Part shown: positions 1 through 8,665 of the stretch, in pieces
How positions within the stretch are numbered: position 1 is the first letter of the stretch
Layout of the letters: each line of letters begins with the position of its first letter
NCBI RefSeq assembly: GCF_006345805.1
Contig: NW_021823891.1
Span: 1 to 21,160, forward strand
Source of the DNA: Octopus sinensis
Lineage: Eukaryota
Length of the DNA stretch: 21,160 nt
Direction of reading: 5' to 3'
Translations under genes and position numbers: made by a program
Notes under the pieces: model-generated
The model's input: only the letters and a program-made list of their open reading frames with translations
What the model was told of the DNA's origin: nothing
Databases searched by the model: none

Positions 1-612
1 AAGAAAGAGATGATCAACAGTCGAAAAAGGATTTCTTCATTATCAAGTTTTAAAAGTCTTCTTTTTAGAAACTGTGTCAAAAATACCAAAGTTTGTTTTC
101 TTAAAATAAATATACATATGTGAGTGAATGTTTGTCTTCTCTTTATTTTATTTCCGGATATTTTTTTTTTTGCGTAATTTTTGTTCCGTTTTGTTTTTTC
201 TTTATATTCTGGTACATTTTCTAGGAACCCTTTAGGCCTCGAAGTTGTTGCCGACACTCGCAATAGTGAAATCTTATAACTGCTATAAGAAGCTAGACTA
301 ACTCCTTTTTTGTTTTTATCAGATAAATGAATAAGAAGATTCTAATCAGAAGTTTCGTTAACGTGAAATAGAAACGCATAAAGTTTTTTTTTAATATAAA
401 AGAAAGGAGTCTTTGATAAAACTACATTCAAAATATACACGTACGGTGTTTTTGTAATTTATCCTCTAAACAATTCTAGCTTTTCCACGCCTGTTAATGT
501 ACAATATTGTTTGTACATCTCTCTAGTGCTTCTCTCATCACTACTTCGGCAAGTACGGCGAAGGCTAAATTACCAATAAAGAGGCTTAATTAAAGCGAAA
601 CATGTCCGAAAA

Positions 613-800
613 GATATTGGTTTCCAAAAATTCAGGAGAGAGAAATAGTCGATTACAGCGACACCAGAGCTCAACTGGTACTTATTTTATCGACCATGAA
701 AGTCGACCTTGGCGGATTTGAACTCAGATACGTAAAAACGGTCGAAATGCTGCTAAGCACTTTATCCGGCGTACTAAAGATTCTAACAGCTCATCACCAT
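613..800 (-). mobile_element. tRNA-derived SINE (Nin/Deu-like core, tail type Y), diverged and internally deleted
   Basis: Reverse complement aligns by eye to the head and core of the 1122-1338 copy (e.g. + strand 'caactggtacttattttatcgacc...aaagtcgaccttggcggatttgaactcaga'). Flanked by ATGTCCGAAAA at 602-612 and 801-811. Confidence 0.8.
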
Positions 801-815
801 ATGTCCGAAAATAAT

Positions 816-1028
816 TTTGTTTCAAATTTCGGCACAAGGCCAGCAATTTCAGGGGGAGGGGAGGGGTAAATCGTTTACATTAACCCCAGTGCTCAACGAT
901 CATTTATTTTATCAACCCCGAAAGGATGAAAGGCAAAGTCGACCTCTGCGAAATTTGAACTCAGAACGTAAAAACGGACGAAATATCGATATCCTGGTGT
1001 GCTAAGGAATCTGCCAGTTCGCTGCCTC
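816..1028 (-). mobile_element. tRNA-derived SINE (Nin/Deu-like core, tail type Y), near full length
   Basis: + strand reads 'ttcaaatttcggcacaaggccagc...ccccgaaaggatgaaaggcaaagtcgacc...tttgaactcagaacgt...ctgccagttcgctgcc'. Perfect 15-bp TSD ATGTCCGAAAATAAT at 801-815 and 1029-1043. Confidence 0.88.
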
Positions 1029-1087
1029 ATGTCCGAAAATAATATAGCAGAGGATCACGGTTGAGGAAGGATGCATTTGATTAAAGA

Positions 1088-1410
1088 GTCCCCAGTACTT
1101 CAGTGGTACTTATTTTATGAAGGCGGCGAGCTGGCAGAAACGTTAGCACGCCGGGCGAAATGCGTAGCCGTATTTCGTCTGGCGTTACGTTCTGAGTTCA
1201 AATTCCGCCGAGGTCGACTTTGCCTTTCATCCTTTCTGCAGTTACGCACTGGGATCGATGTAATAGACTTAATCCGTTTGTCTGTACTTGTTTGTCCCCT
1301 CTGTGTTTAGCCCCTTGTGGGTAGTAAAGAAATAGGTACTTTATTTTATGAAACAAAGATAAGAGGAAATTCTGACGTCGGTGAAATGTGAATTCAACGT
1401 AAAGAAACTT
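1088..1410 (-). mobile_element. Older, decayed SINE copy of the same family, split by the 1122-1338 insertion
   Basis: 1088-1121 'gtccccagtacttcagtggtacttattttat' and 1353-1410 'aaagataagaggaaattctgacgtcggtgaaatgtgaattcaacgtaaag' are consecutive pieces of the minus-strand core seen intact at 7131-7210. Confidence 0.65.
1122..1338 (+). mobile_element. tRNA-derived SINE (Nin/Deu-like core, tail type X), young copy with a ~20-nt internal deletion
   Basis: Head 'ggcggcgagctggcagaaacgttagc' and B-box-like GAGTTCAAATTCC at 1194-1206. Core 'gactttgcctttcatcctttc' and tail 'ccccttgtgggtagtaaagaaatagg'. TSD TTATTTTATGAA at 1110-1121 and 1341-1352. About a dozen substitutions versus the 7041-7274 copy. 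Confidence 0.92.
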
Positions 1411-1499
1411 TAGTAAACATCGCAAGTGATTTGGTCCGATGATCTTCCGATTCAATGACTTCTAGTTTCTACTTCACCATGAAAATATTTCCAATTCAC

Positions 1500-1645
1500 A
1501 TTCTACGTTCAAACCCCGTCCAAATCATCTTTGCCTATCATCACTTCGAGGACGATAAATAAAGTATCCAGCAAGTACGGAGGCTGATGGTATCGATGAG
1601 CCCCTCCTCTCAAAACTGTTAGCCCTGATGACTAAATTATGAAAC
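1500..1645 (+). mobile_element. Decayed SINE fragment (B-box, core and tail Y)
   Basis: 'gttcaaaccccgtcc...ctttgcctatcatcacttcgaggacgataaataaagtatccag...cccctcctctcaaaactgttagccctgatgactaaattatgaaac' parallels the reverse complement of 816-960. Confidence 0.6.
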
Positions 1646-1658
1646 GATAATTATTAAA

Positions 1659-1860
1659 GGCGATCGAGTGACAGAATCATCAGAGCATCGGACAAAATGC
1701 CTTGCCGTATTTACTTCGGCTCTTTACATTCCAAGTTCGAATCTCACCGAAGTCAGCTTTGCCTTTCCTCTTTTCGTGATGGATGAAAGGAAAAAAACCA
1801 GTCAAGTACTGAAGTCGGTGCTATCGACAAGCTCTTTCTCTTATTTTCCTTGATTGAAGT
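1659..1860 (+). mobile_element. Decayed SINE copy (same head and core family)
   Basis: Head 'ggcgatcgagtgacagaatc', B-box-like 'aagttcgaatctc', core 'gctttgcctttcctcttttcg...aaaccagtcaagtactgaagtcg'. Confidence 0.65.
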
Positions 1861-2828
1861 TTGTATAGAGTAATATTATACACCCTAAGACACTATACAC
1901 CCTGCCATTGTATTTAAGCAGACAGAATCTAACGGTGATGACTGACGAATATATATAATGGCGTTTTAATATATATACTGTTGAAATTTGATACAGAGTT
2001 CAACTTAATATTGTTCATGTTAAACCTAGGTCAGCTCTAATGACACAAACACATAATCAAAAGTATTCCAGAAATGGCCATCCTGTCTTAAGTTTCATTT
2101 CAGTTTCTGTGTGTCATTTAATGCTGCTGTTAACATATATATCGTTGATAAGATGGAATCGTTAGCACACCAGCTAAAACGCTTAGCAGAACGTTGCATT
2201 TTCCCTCTAAGTTGTTTTCTGTGACTATTTTCCCTAAGATTATTTTCACTGGATTCATTCCATTCTAATTTTCGTGAGAACCTAATCTAACAGGTGATAT
2301 TTGGTGCTGGTACTCAAACGGTTCGCCGAGATCCACTGGTACGCTTTTGATTTCAGAAATTAAAATTAAGGCTTTTAAGAATTTAATGTTATTCATATTT
2401 ATTTTTATACACATAAATAAAAAATAAATAACAAAATGTTACCAACGCTGTTGTTCGAGAGAACGTGAAATATTTTTTGAAACGGTGAAACCCGAAATAG
2501 ATAGAGCTATAAATAACAGCCTGTAAAAATTTGGATTAAAATATCGAAGGTTGATGTCAACAACATGCAATTCTTGTTGGTAAGAATAAAGATTTTAAAA
2601 TTAACGAGAAATTCAGGTCTCTTTCGTCCAACGATAAGAACGTTTATTTTGTTTATACAGGAGAAATGGTTTCGTGTCTAACGAGTAGTCTTCAGTATTT
2701 CCAGTCCGAAAGGAATTTTTTTTACCTAATATTTACAAGTTCATAATTCTATTTTTATCTGATTTGTGTTTTGCGATTTCGTAAAAGAATTCCACCTAGT
2801 TAAGCAATATTTTTTACATATAGGAAGA

Positions 2829-3083
2829 GGACTTTTCAGGAAGTGTCTATTTATTTAGACTTTTCCAGGAAGGCCTTACTCTCGCTCCTTGGACTTTTAC
2901 AAGAAGTCCTTCCTCCCCTTCATCCGCGTCCTCGGAACATTCCAGAAAGTGCTCATCCCTTACCGGAATTTTCCAAGAAGATTTTCCCCTTCCTCCTAAT
3001 CCTCGAACTTTCCAGGAAAAGCACATACCCTCCTCCGAAGTTTCCAGGAAGTCCTTACTCCTACTACAAGGAACTTTCCAGAC
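2829..3083. repeat. Degenerate tandem array: eight copies of a ~16-bp imperfect palindrome (G[GA]ACTTTCCAGGAAG-like) separated by C/T-rich linkers
   Basis: Units start at about 2829, 2858, 2891, 2934, 2965, 3004, 3036 and 3070, giving a period of 29-43 bp. Confidence 0.85.
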
Positions 3084-3161
3084 AAAACATACACATGTTA
3101 ACACTTCTAATCAGTTGAAATCAGCTCTGGGAGCCACTGCTCCGTATTTCATTAGGGCATT

Positions 3162-3180
3162 TTATTATTATTATTATTAT

Positions 3181-3233
<53 letters not shown>
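3162..3233. repeat. Compound (TTA)n(TAG)n microsatellite
   Basis: Direct reading. It abuts the 3' end of the minus-strand RLE retroelement. Confidence 0.97.
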
Positions 3234-3812
3234 TTTACTTTTAATCTGAATGTTTGTTACCATCACTTGCCGAGACACATCCAGCGTCCTAGGGTGAGTG
3301 AAAGATATTACAGTATGACTGAAAGCTTGGGGAAGGGGGGAGTTGGTAGGGGCAGTAGCGAAATATCTTCATCTCATACAACACAGACATTTAAATTCAT
3401 AAGATTTTTATAAGGATGTGGGCTGTAAGTACTTGCCAACACAGTCTTTTACATTTCTCTGAGACATGGTTCTCCTGGGATATTATCAAGATGTTTCTGA
3501 CATCCCTTTCTTATCATACCTAGGGTACCCACAATAACAGGAACAGTTCCCGCTTTAAGATGCCACATCTTTTGTATTTCAATTTTCAGGTTTACTTACT
3601 TTGTCGAATTCCTTTACGGATATATTTTTATCGGTGGGAACACTTACATCTATTAGTCTACAAGTATTTTCTTCCTTGTCTTTAATGACTATGTCTGGTC
3701 GATTAGCGTTGACTGGAAAATCCCAGAGGATAGTGACATTTTTACCTTCAACAACTGGCTCAGGATGATGCTCATACCAGTAAGCAGGAGTGCTTACATA
3801 TTTTTCAATGTA
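3234..3812 (-). mobile_element. 5'-truncated, decayed non-LTR retrotransposon of the RLE (R4/Dong-like) group: C-terminal restriction-like endonuclease region plus 3' UTR
   Basis: Manual minus-strand translation from 3779 gives WYEHHPEPVVEGKNVTILWDFPVNANRPDIVIKDKEENTCRLIDVSVPTDKNISVKEFDKVSK. After a frameshift near 3590 it reads LKIEIQKMWHLKAGTVPVIVGTLGMIRKGCQKHLDNIPGEPCLREM*KTVLAST. The WDF...RPDIV...IDVSVP...K pattern is the PD-(D/E)xK-type RLE signature. Confidence 0.85.
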
Positions 3813-4206
3813 AATACTGTTCTATCCTATCATAGCGATTTTGCTGTTGTTGTCGTACTTCTTGCTGTTGTTTTTGTTACTTTTGTTGCCGAAAGAGAAT
3901 CAAGTGTTCTGGTGCAATGCGGTTGATGGAGTGCAAAGTATCGATTTTATGTTTCATCGGCAATCTGACTTTCTGTCGAGTCAAACATCTCCGCCACTTC
4001 AAATACAGAAGACACGATCATAAAAGATCAGACATCAAAGAATTCTTTGGAAACGTTAAACGTAAGACAATAACTATCAAAGAAGAGCAACGTTTGACCT
4101 GAAAATCGGAATCTATTGAAAACAAGACAACAATAATAAAGTATGTAGATTATTTACATTATTTACATTTGACGGATATTTGTCCGAGTTCGATTCCAAG
4201 TAGTGA

Positions 4207-4210
<4 letters not shown>

Positions 4211-4264
<54 letters not shown>
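4211..4264. repeat. (AAT)18 microsatellite
   Basis: Direct reading. Confidence 0.97.
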
Positions 4265-4346
4265 TAATAAGAGTATGAATAAGAATAAGAATAATAACAT
4301 CGAAAAACACTTTAGGAATGAGAAACCAGGTTCGAAATTTCCCGAA

Positions 4347-4392
4347 GACACCTGAAGAAGGCTGGAGGGTATATCAACCGAAACGTTGTGTT
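4347..4392 (+). ncRNA. Minimal type-I hammerhead ribozyme motif
   Basis: Stem I GACAC(4347-4351)/GTGTT(4388-4392); core CTGAAGA(4352-4358) plus an extra A; stem II GGCTG/CAACC with one mismatch; GAAAC(4380-4384); cleavage triplet GTT(4385-4387). Confidence 0.72.
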
Positions 4393-4706
4393 AACAACAA
4401 ACAAGATGAGAACAAATATCCGTCAAATGTAAATAATGTAAATAATGTACATGAAATGCTTAGTTCTTAAATATAGAACAGTATTAACAATAATAAGGTT
4501 TAAGAGAGAGATTAAAATCAACAAGAAAATTCCAATGAAACGTTTAGCAGTTTCGTTTTTCTTTACGTTTCGTGTTTTAGAAAAATTGATATCTGTTCTG
4601 CGGTTCCTTTTAGCTTCTCTAAGTGCAGTTATTTTTCGCCGAATCTAATATAAAAGAACATTATTTCTTTGAAACTATTGGGGTAAAAGTTTAATATCAA
4701 TTTATA

Positions 4707-5033
4707 GGAGCACTCCGTCGGTTACGACGACGAGGGTCCCAGCTGATCCGATCAACGGAACAGCCTGCTCGTGAAATTAAAGTGCAAGTGGCTGAGCACT
4801 CCACAGACACGTGTACCCCTTAACGTTGTTCTCAGGGAGATTCAGCGTGACACACAGTGTGACAAGGCCGGCCCTTTGAAATACAGGTACACTCATTTTT
4901 GCCAGCTGAGTGGACTGGAGCAACATGAAATAAAGTGTCTTGCTCAAGGACACAACGCGTCGCCTGGAATCGAACTCACGACCTTACAATCGTGAGCCGA
5001 ATGCCCTAACCACTAAGCCACGCGCCTTCACTG
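4707..5033 (-). mobile_element. tRNA(Arg)-like-headed CORE-type SINE, tail type A, full length
   Basis: A-box TGGCTTAGTGG (reverse complement of 5010-5020) and B-box GAGTTCGATTCC (reverse complement of 4966-4977). CORE-like 'tgtgtccttgagcaagacactttatttcatgttgctccagtccactcagctg'. Perfect 10-bp TSD TCAATTTATA at 4697-4706 and 5034-5043. Confidence 0.92.
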
Positions 5034-5551
5034 TCAATTTATAATAAGCACCCGAAGCAGTAATGATCAAAATAACGATGTGTACATTGATAATTTTAAA
5101 GGAAGATGTTCGCTTTGAGGCTTTTGTTGCGGAGAAAAATTTCTCCTTATAGACTTCTACGAAGAAAAAACTCACCGGGCTGTGTTTTGGTGCGATTTCG
5201 CCTCCAAAAGGGCAGACACGATTTCAGTCATTCGTAGCCTGATCTCTTTCAATTATGTAAACAACAAGAATTTCATTTGCCGGTGTTTATTGAAGCATCA
5301 ATAGATGGACAGAAGTTCAGATCGGGTTATGAACGACTGAAATGCTGTTTGACACTGAAGAGGTTGAATCATGTCGAAACAAGTGTCAACCAGTCTGATG
5401 ACGCCGGTCAAGCCCGGATCGATGAGGCTTATAAAGAGAACTTTTTTCCGTGACGCGAATCCCACAGTCAAACGTCTTCCACGATCTGAAGTACAGGAAT
5501 GTGTTAAATATAAATGGCGTACACATCACGTTTATTATTGTTTTGAGTTTG

Positions 5552-5584
<33 letters not shown>

Positions 5585-5690
5585 CGACGACGACGACGAC
5601 GATGATGATGATGACGATGGCGATGATGACAGGAGGTGGAGGAGAAGAGTGTTGATGATGAGGGTGATGGTGGTGATGGCGATGACGATG
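5552..5690. repeat. Compound (GAT)n/(GAC)n/(GGT)n microsatellite
   Basis: Direct reading. Confidence 0.95.
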
Positions 5691-5691
5691 A

Positions 5692-5802
5692 GAAGAAGAA
5701 GAAGAAGAAGAAGAAGAAGAAGAAGAAGAAGAAGAAGAAGAAGAAGAAGAAGAAGAAGAAGAAGAAGAAGAAGAAGAAGAAGAAGAAGAAGAAGAAGAAG
5801 AA
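5692..5802. repeat. Uninterrupted (GAA)37 tract
   Basis: 111 bp counted directly. Confidence 0.97.
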
Positions 5803-6147
5803 CGCTAGGATATATTTCTTTCGAAAGTCTTGAAATTTCTTCTCTTTTTTATTTTTATTTGTTTTTGTTTTTCTTGGCTTTGTATGACATTTTTGCAGAT
5901 ACATTTCAGATTCTTGCGCATTCTTGAGATTTAATTCTTTGTTCAAGTTCTTAAATAAACAAATGGTTATCTTAGAGAAGTGAAAAGACTATATTTATCC
6001 GCAGCAGCAAACACCTAAAGTGCGAACTAACCGAAATGAAAACAAGATCGAAAGAAATGGTTAAACGATATTTCTGTGAGCAGGAACCAGAATCACGGTT
6101 ATTGGTTTACGTTGATAACATATTGAGAGAACAGGTAAACCTAGCCT

Positions 6148-6527
6148 GTCGAGGCGCAATGGCCCAGTGGTTAGGGCAGCGGACTCGCGGTCATAGGATC
6201 GCGGTTTCGATTCCCAGACCGGGCGTTGTGAGTGTTTATTGAGCGAAAACACCTAAAGCTCCACGAGGCTCCGGCAGGGGATGGTGGTGATCCCTGCTGT
6301 ACTCTTTCACCACAACTTTCTCTTACTTCCTGTTTCTGTTGTACCTGTATTTCAAAGGGCCGGTCTTGTCACTCTCTGTGTCACGCTGAATATCTCCGAG
6401 AACTACGTTAAGGGTGCACGTGTCTGTGGAGTGCTCAGCCACTTACACGTTAATTTCACGAGCAGGCTGTTCCGTTGATCGTATCAGCTGGGACCCTCAT
6501 CGTCGTAACCGACGGAGTGCTTCCATC
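6148..6527 (+). mobile_element. tRNA-derived SINE with a distinct central region and tail type A, full length
   Basis: A-box TGGCCCAGTGG at 6160-6170 and B-box-like GGTTTCGATTCCC at 6203-6215. The 3' ~180 bp (6341-6521) matches the reverse complement of 4709-4890. Perfect 11-bp TSD AAACCTAGCCT at 6137-6147 and 6528-6538. Confidence 0.92.
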
Positions 6528-6581
6528 AAACCTAGCCTAGATACCTTGAAATTAAACTTCAACAAATTTCCAGAGAGTGTA

Positions 6582-6760
6582 GGCATAGCTGTGTGGTTAA
6601 GAAGCTAGCTTTGCAACCACATGGGTGCTAGTTCAGTCCCACTACGCGGAACCGCGGGCATGGGTCTTCTACCACAGCCCCGGGCCAGGCAATGCCTTGT
6701 GAGTGAATTTAGCAGAGGGGAAACTGTGTGGAATCCTGTCATGTGTGTATCTGTGTTTGT
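6582..6760 (+). mobile_element. Diverged tRNA-derived SINE of a further family, ending in (TG)/(CA) simple repeats
   Basis: A-box-like 'tagctgtgtgg', B-box-like 'tagttcagtccc', then 'gccttgtgagtgaatttagcagaggggaaactg'. It resembles an abundant octopus repeat as I remember it (unverified). Confidence 0.6.
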
Positions 6761-6794
6761 CACACACACACACATGCGCACTGTTTATCGTTTA

Positions 6795-6973
6795 TCTTTT
6801 ATTTGTTTCACTCATTAGTCTGCGGCCATGCTAGAGCATCACGTTGAAGAATTTTAATCGAACAAGTCGACCCTAGAGCTTATTTCTTTTGAAGTTTGGT
6901 CCTTACTCTATCGATCTTTATACTGAACTAGTACGTTCTGGAGACATAACCAAATCATTACCGGTTTTCAAGC
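6795..6973 (-). mobile_element. Decayed interspersed-repeat fragment with a Nin-like segment
   Basis: 'aagtcgaccctag...ttattt...tggtccttactctatcgatc' echoes the minus-strand core at 7131-7160. Family and strand are tentative. Confidence 0.45.
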
Positions 6974-7040
6974 CTCAAAATTATCAACAAAGTACTACCT
7001 CCCTATGTGACATGACGCTGTCACAAAAATAATATACAAT

Positions 7041-7274
7041 ACCTATTTCTTTACTGCCCACAAGGGGCTAAACACAGAGAAGACAAACAAGGACAGACAA
7101 ACGGATTAAGTGGAGTATATCGACCCCAGTGCGTAACTGGTACTTATTTAATCGACCCCGAAAGGATGAAAAGCAAAGTCGACCTCGGTGGAATTTGAAC
7201 TCAGAACGTAACGGCAGACGAAATACGGCTACGCATTTCGCCCGGCGTGCTAACGATTCTGCCAGCTCGCCGCC
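7041..7274 (-). mobile_element. tRNA-derived SINE (Nin/Deu-like core, tail type X), full length
   Basis: Reverse complement aligns end to end with 1122-1338 and retains the 'ggggtcgattaaataagtac' segment that copy lacks. No convincing TSD found. Confidence 0.92.
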
Positions 7275-7590
7275 ATATTCTTTAAATTAATAGTGGTCAT
7301 TGTAAGCAGCAATTAAGCCCGAGAGCAGCAATGAACTAACTGAAAGATGGATCAAGTATCTATCATTTTCTAAGTAACAAATAATCGAGAACGTGGTCAT
7401 AAAGAAAGCGATAGATGCTAGGTTCGAGACCAACCAGTTACGCTTTTTTTTTCTTTCTTGTTTTAAGTCGGTACCTTTATAATGTGTATATTAATAAAGT
7501 GTTTTTCAATTCTTTAATGGTAATGTTTTAATTATGCAAATCAACTAAGTATGCGCCATTAGCATCGTTAACATTATCATCGACATCGTC

Positions 7591-7963
7591 ATGATGATGA
7601 TGGTGGTGGTGCTGGTGGTGTTGGTGGTGCTGGTGGTAATGATGGCGGTGATGGTGGTAATGATGGCGGTGATGGTTGTGGTTTTAATGATGGTGGTGAT
7701 AATGACAATGCTTATGATGATGATAATGATGGTGATCATCATCATCATCATCATCATCACCATCACCATCATCATCATCATCATCATCACCATCATTATC
7801 ATCATCATCATCACCAACACCATCATCATCATCATCACCATCACCATCATTATCCTCATCAATAAAAACATCATTACCATCATCAATAAAAACATCATTA
7901 CCATCATCATCAACATCATTATTATCATCATCATCACCATCATCATTATCCTCCTCCTCCTCC

Positions 7964-8041
<78 letters not shown>

Positions 8042-8082
8042 CATCATCATCATCATCATCATCATTATCCTCCTCCTCCTCC

Positions 8083-8117
<35 letters not shown>

Positions 8118-8377
8118 TCATCATCATCATCACCATCATTATCATCATCATCATCACCAACACCATCATCATCATCATCACCATCACCATCATTATCCTC
8201 ATCAATAAAAACATCATTACCATCATCATCAACATCATTATATCATCATCATCACCATCATTATCATCATCATCATCACCATCATCATCATCATTATCCT
8301 CCTCCTCCTCCTCCTCTCCTCATCATCATCATCATCATCATCACATCATCATCATCATATCATCATCATCATCATCA

Positions 8378-8415
<38 letters not shown>

Positions 8416-8492
8416 CATCATCATCATCATCATCATTATCATCATCATCATCATCATTATCCTCCTCCTCCTCCTCCTCCTCCTCCTCCTCC

Positions 8493-8544
<52 letters not shown>

Positions 8545-8558
8545 TATCCTCCTCCTCC

Positions 8559-8616
<58 letters not shown>

Positions 8617-8665
8617 TATCCTCCTCCTCCTCCTCATCATCATCATCATTGTCATCACCATCATC
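7591..8665. repeat. ~1.1-kb compound trinucleotide array: (ATG/GTG)n switching at ~7736 to (CAT/CAC/CCT)n
   Basis: Direct reading. It explains the poly-M/I/H/S/D ORFs. Confidence 0.97.

Larger units (their letters stand above)
4143..4452 (+). mobile_element. Penelope-like element pseudo-LTR remnant with an inverted terminal copy and an internal (AAT)n
   Basis: Perfect 35-bp inverted repeat at 4149-4183 / 4412-4446 and a hammerhead motif at 4347-4392. The Penelope assignment is inferred from this architecture. Confidence 0.7.

Noticed and set aside
2829-3083. CRISPR-like appearance (palindromic repeats with variable spacers)
   Set aside because: The repeats are only ~16 bp and degenerate. 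The linkers are 12-26 bp and related to each other (ccttactc and ccttcctcc recur), there are no cas genes, and the context is eukaryotic.
3329-3352. G-rich stretch as a G-quadruplex (also 852-866)
   Set aside because: There are only three runs of at least 3 G in each, and both lie in mobile-element tails.
5386-5946. ORFs with poly-F, poly-K, poly-R and poly-H runs
   Set aside because: These are translations of the (GAT)n and (GAA)37 microsatellites, with no complex domain.
6009-6258. 12-mer AAACACCTAAAG at 6009-6020 and 6247-6258
   Set aside because: The second copy is internal to a SINE with its own TSD and does not bound any element, so it is probably coincidence.
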